Assembly (NCBI GenBank): GCA_044344255.1 | Contig: JBIJDH010000035.1 | Coordinates: 1 to 55,881, forward strand | Origin: Myxococcota bacterium | Lineage (GTDB): Bacteria > Myxococcota_A > UBA796 > UBA2385 | DNA: 55,881 bases | Direction of reading: 5' to 3' | Part shown: positions 54,022 to 55,881 of the stretch, piece by piece | How positions within the stretch are numbered: the first letter of the stretch is position 1 | How the letters are laid out: each line of letters begins with the position of its first letter | Notes under the pieces: generated by a model | The model's database searches: none | What the model saw: only the letters and a program-made list of their open reading frames with translations | Told to the model about the DNA's origin: nothing | Program-made: the position numbers and the translations under genes

Positions 54022-54037
54022 TGGCACGGTTTTTGCT
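54022..54037 (+). promoter_or_regulatory. Sigma54 (-24/-12) promoter for the LRR lipoprotein
   Basis: TGGCAC-GGTTT-TTGCT, an exact consensus, 45 bp before the ATG. Confidence 0.8.
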
Positions 54038-54082
54038 TTACAACCTCGTCTCCGTCTCTCCGAGGCTGCCCCAGGGGACCCC

Positions 54083-55762
54083 ATGCGCCATATCTTCTCT
54101 CTGCTCTCCCTCCTCGTGGCCTGCTCAGGTGCCAAGCAACCGAGCCCCTCGGAGGCGGGCGATGGCGGGGCCGCCGAAGGGAGCGGAGGCTCGGGGGGCC
54201 CCGACGATGACACCGGCCGTCCGGCCGATCCGGGAGACTCCGGCAACCCGGAGGACACAAGCGATTCCGAGGCGACAGCCGACTCAGGACAGGGAGGGGA
54301 CAGCGGTCGCACTGACAGCGGAAGCAGCGACACGGGGGAGCCAGCCCCCGATACGGACGCCGATGGAGATGGGGTCCCCGCCAGCAGCGACTGCGACGAC
54401 CTGGACGCGAGCCTCTACCTCCCGGAAGACCACTTTCCTGGTTCCCTCACCACGACAGATCTCGGCACCTTCTGCACTGGTTATTGCGCGAGGCAGGTCG
54501 ATGGAGATGTGACCGTGACGGGGTACAGTGGGGCCGACTTGATCGCGCTCTCTTGCTTGACCGAGGTGGGTGGGGACCTTGGGATAAACCATAACGTCGA
54601 CCTCATATCGCTTGATGGCCTTGAACAGCTTCATCAGGTGGGCGGTGCTTTCAATCTGAACGGGAATGATAGCCTCCTCAACATCAACGGCCTTCAGTCC
54701 CTTGTGTTGGTGGGTGATGAGGTACACATCACCAGCAACTACGACCTCTTAAGCCTGAGAGGCCTGAGCGCGCTCTCTTCTGTTCCTAAAGTATCGCTCT
54801 TGTACAACGATACGTTCAGCGACCTCAGCGGCCTTGAAGGTTTGACGGGCCTCGATGAGCTGACTCTTTTCTCCAATTCCCGCCTCAGCAGCCTCCACGG
54901 GCTTGAGTCGCTGACTAGGATCAACGGCGCAGGCGATATACAGGGGAACGATGGCTTAACAGACCTCAGCGGCCTCGATGGGCTTCGAACGATTGACTAC
55001 CTCTATATCGCGCAAAACGATGGACTCGTCGATTTGCACGGGCTGGAGGGGCTGACCACCGCCACAACTCTGCATTTAGCGGACGACGATCAGCTCCTGA
55101 ACCTTTCGGGGCTTGACGGCCTGACCACGGTGGAGGTGTTGATCATATCGGGCAACGATGAGTTTCAAAACTTGGACGGAACCCCCTCCCTCACGACGCT
55201 CGGAACCCTGTGGGTTCAGTCGAACGACGCGCTTCCATCCCTCACAGGCCTCCCTGCCTTGACGGACATCGAGGACGATCTCGTCCTCCGGGACAATCCC
55301 GCCATTACCAGCCTCAATGGGCTGGAGAATCTGCAATCGGTTGGGGGCATCGACCTCTCCTGGAACACAGGGCTGGTGGACGTGTCCGCCCTGAGCCAGC
55401 TCATCGAGGTGAGGAGCTCCCTCACCATCTACCAAAGCGCAGCACTGCCGAGCTTCGCGGGCATGGGCGGGCTCAGCTCGATCGCAGGAGACTTCAACCT
55501 TGAGGGCAACAGCGCGCTCCTCAGCTTTGATGGTCTCACCGCCCTATCTGGAGTCGGCGGGACCCTCAACATCGATGACAACGATGCATTGCTGAGCGTG
55601 GATGGGTTGGACGGCCTGAGCTTGGTGGGAGATGACCTCGTTGTCTCCCACAACGACGGGCTTGGCTCACTCGATGGGCTCTTCAATGTCAGCAGCGTCG
55701 GCAACTTCCTCACGATCAACTATAACACCACCTTACCGACGGCGGAGGCGCTTGCGCCTTGA
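54083..55762 (+). CDS. Receptor-L/leucine-rich-repeat lipoprotein, probably C-terminally truncated
   Basis: Lipobox LVAC, G/D/S linker, DADGDG...DCDD motif, many L..L..VGG.L.I..N..L..L.GL repeats; visibly lower GC3 than neighbours. Confidence 0.88.
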   Translation: MRHIFSLLSLLVACSGAKQPSPSEAGDGGAAEGSGGSGGPDDDTGRPADPGDSGNPEDTSDSEATADSGQGGDSGRTDSGSSDTGEPAPDTDADGDGVPASSDCDDLDASLYLPEDHFPGSLTTTDLGTFCTGYCARQVDGDVTVTGYSGADLIALSCLTEVGGDLGINHNVDLISLDGLEQLHQVGGAFNLNGNDSLLNINGLQSLVLVGDEVHITSNYDLLSLRGLSALSSVPKVSLLYNDTFSDLSGLEGLTGLDELTLFSNSRLSSLHGLESLTRINGAGDIQGNDGLTDLSGLDGLRTIDYLYIAQNDGLVDLHGLEGLTTATTLHLADDDQLLNLSGLDGLTTVEVLIISGNDEFQNLDGTPSLTTLGTLWVQSNDALPSLTGLPALTDIEDDLVLRDNPAITSLNGLENLQSVGGIDLSWNTGLVDVSALSQLIEVRSSLTIYQSAALPSFAGMGGLSSIAGDFNLEGNSALLSFDGLTALSGVGGTLNIDDNDALLSVDGLDGLSLVGDDLVVSHNDGLGSLDGLFNVSSVGNFLTINYNTTLPTAEALAP

Positions 55763-55881
55763 GCGCTCACCCGAAGTAGACCACTTGTGCTCACCAGAAG
55801 TAGTCCGGCCTGGAGTTCGCCTCCGACCCTTCAAACGGTGGCCGCGGGGGGCGGGGGCCCCGCACGGTGAGGCTTCGGGGA
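55760..55881. mobile_element. Probable IS21-family terminal region (element runs off the window)
   Basis: Starts TG and carries two direct repeats, GCTCACCCGAAGTAGACC (55765) and GCTCACCAGAAGTAGTCC (55789), 24 bp apart, as in IS21-type ends. Confidence 0.55.

Noticed and set aside
55765..55806. Possible mini-CRISPR
   Set aside because: Only two copies with a 6-bp gap; fits IS terminal repeats better.

Overview
GC-rich bacterial DNA from a diderm (Pal, LpxH-like). Gene content suggests Myxococcota/deltaproteobacteria (inference): Hanks kinases, very short lipoprotein signals, DxDGDG...DCDD and G-A-D repeats, sigma54 promoters. About 47 real CDSs are present; most long opposite-strand ORFs in the track are GC-driven shadows. 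Main contents: an FGE-domain gene bracketed by GGGGTCAGG-type inverted repeats next to a decayed RAYT (Y1/HUH) transposase; a Tat-exported molybdoenzyme operon with a 2Fe-2S/Mo fusion and a coupled Cys-rich microprotein; HDAC-tsaE-comEA; an icmF-pseudokinase-MBL-hyp-bioD run; a NatAB-like ABC exporter with a CAAX-protease fusion; fabZ-fabF; a sigma54-driven peptidoglycan-binding HExxH protein; cell-envelope genes; phoBR-like genes; class II UvrA; lpxH; a twin-ATPase CoA activase/dehydratase pair; and a lower-GC sigma54-driven LRR lipoprotein that appears cut by an IS21-like end at the right edge. I saw no rRNA, tRNA or CRISPR array. The best leads are the REP-flanked cassette with the RAYT, the putative fourth subunit of the molybdoenzyme, the HDAC with a possible GNAT-like C-domain, and the sigma54 PG-binding metalloprotease. 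All calls are by eye and need HMM or structure confirmation.
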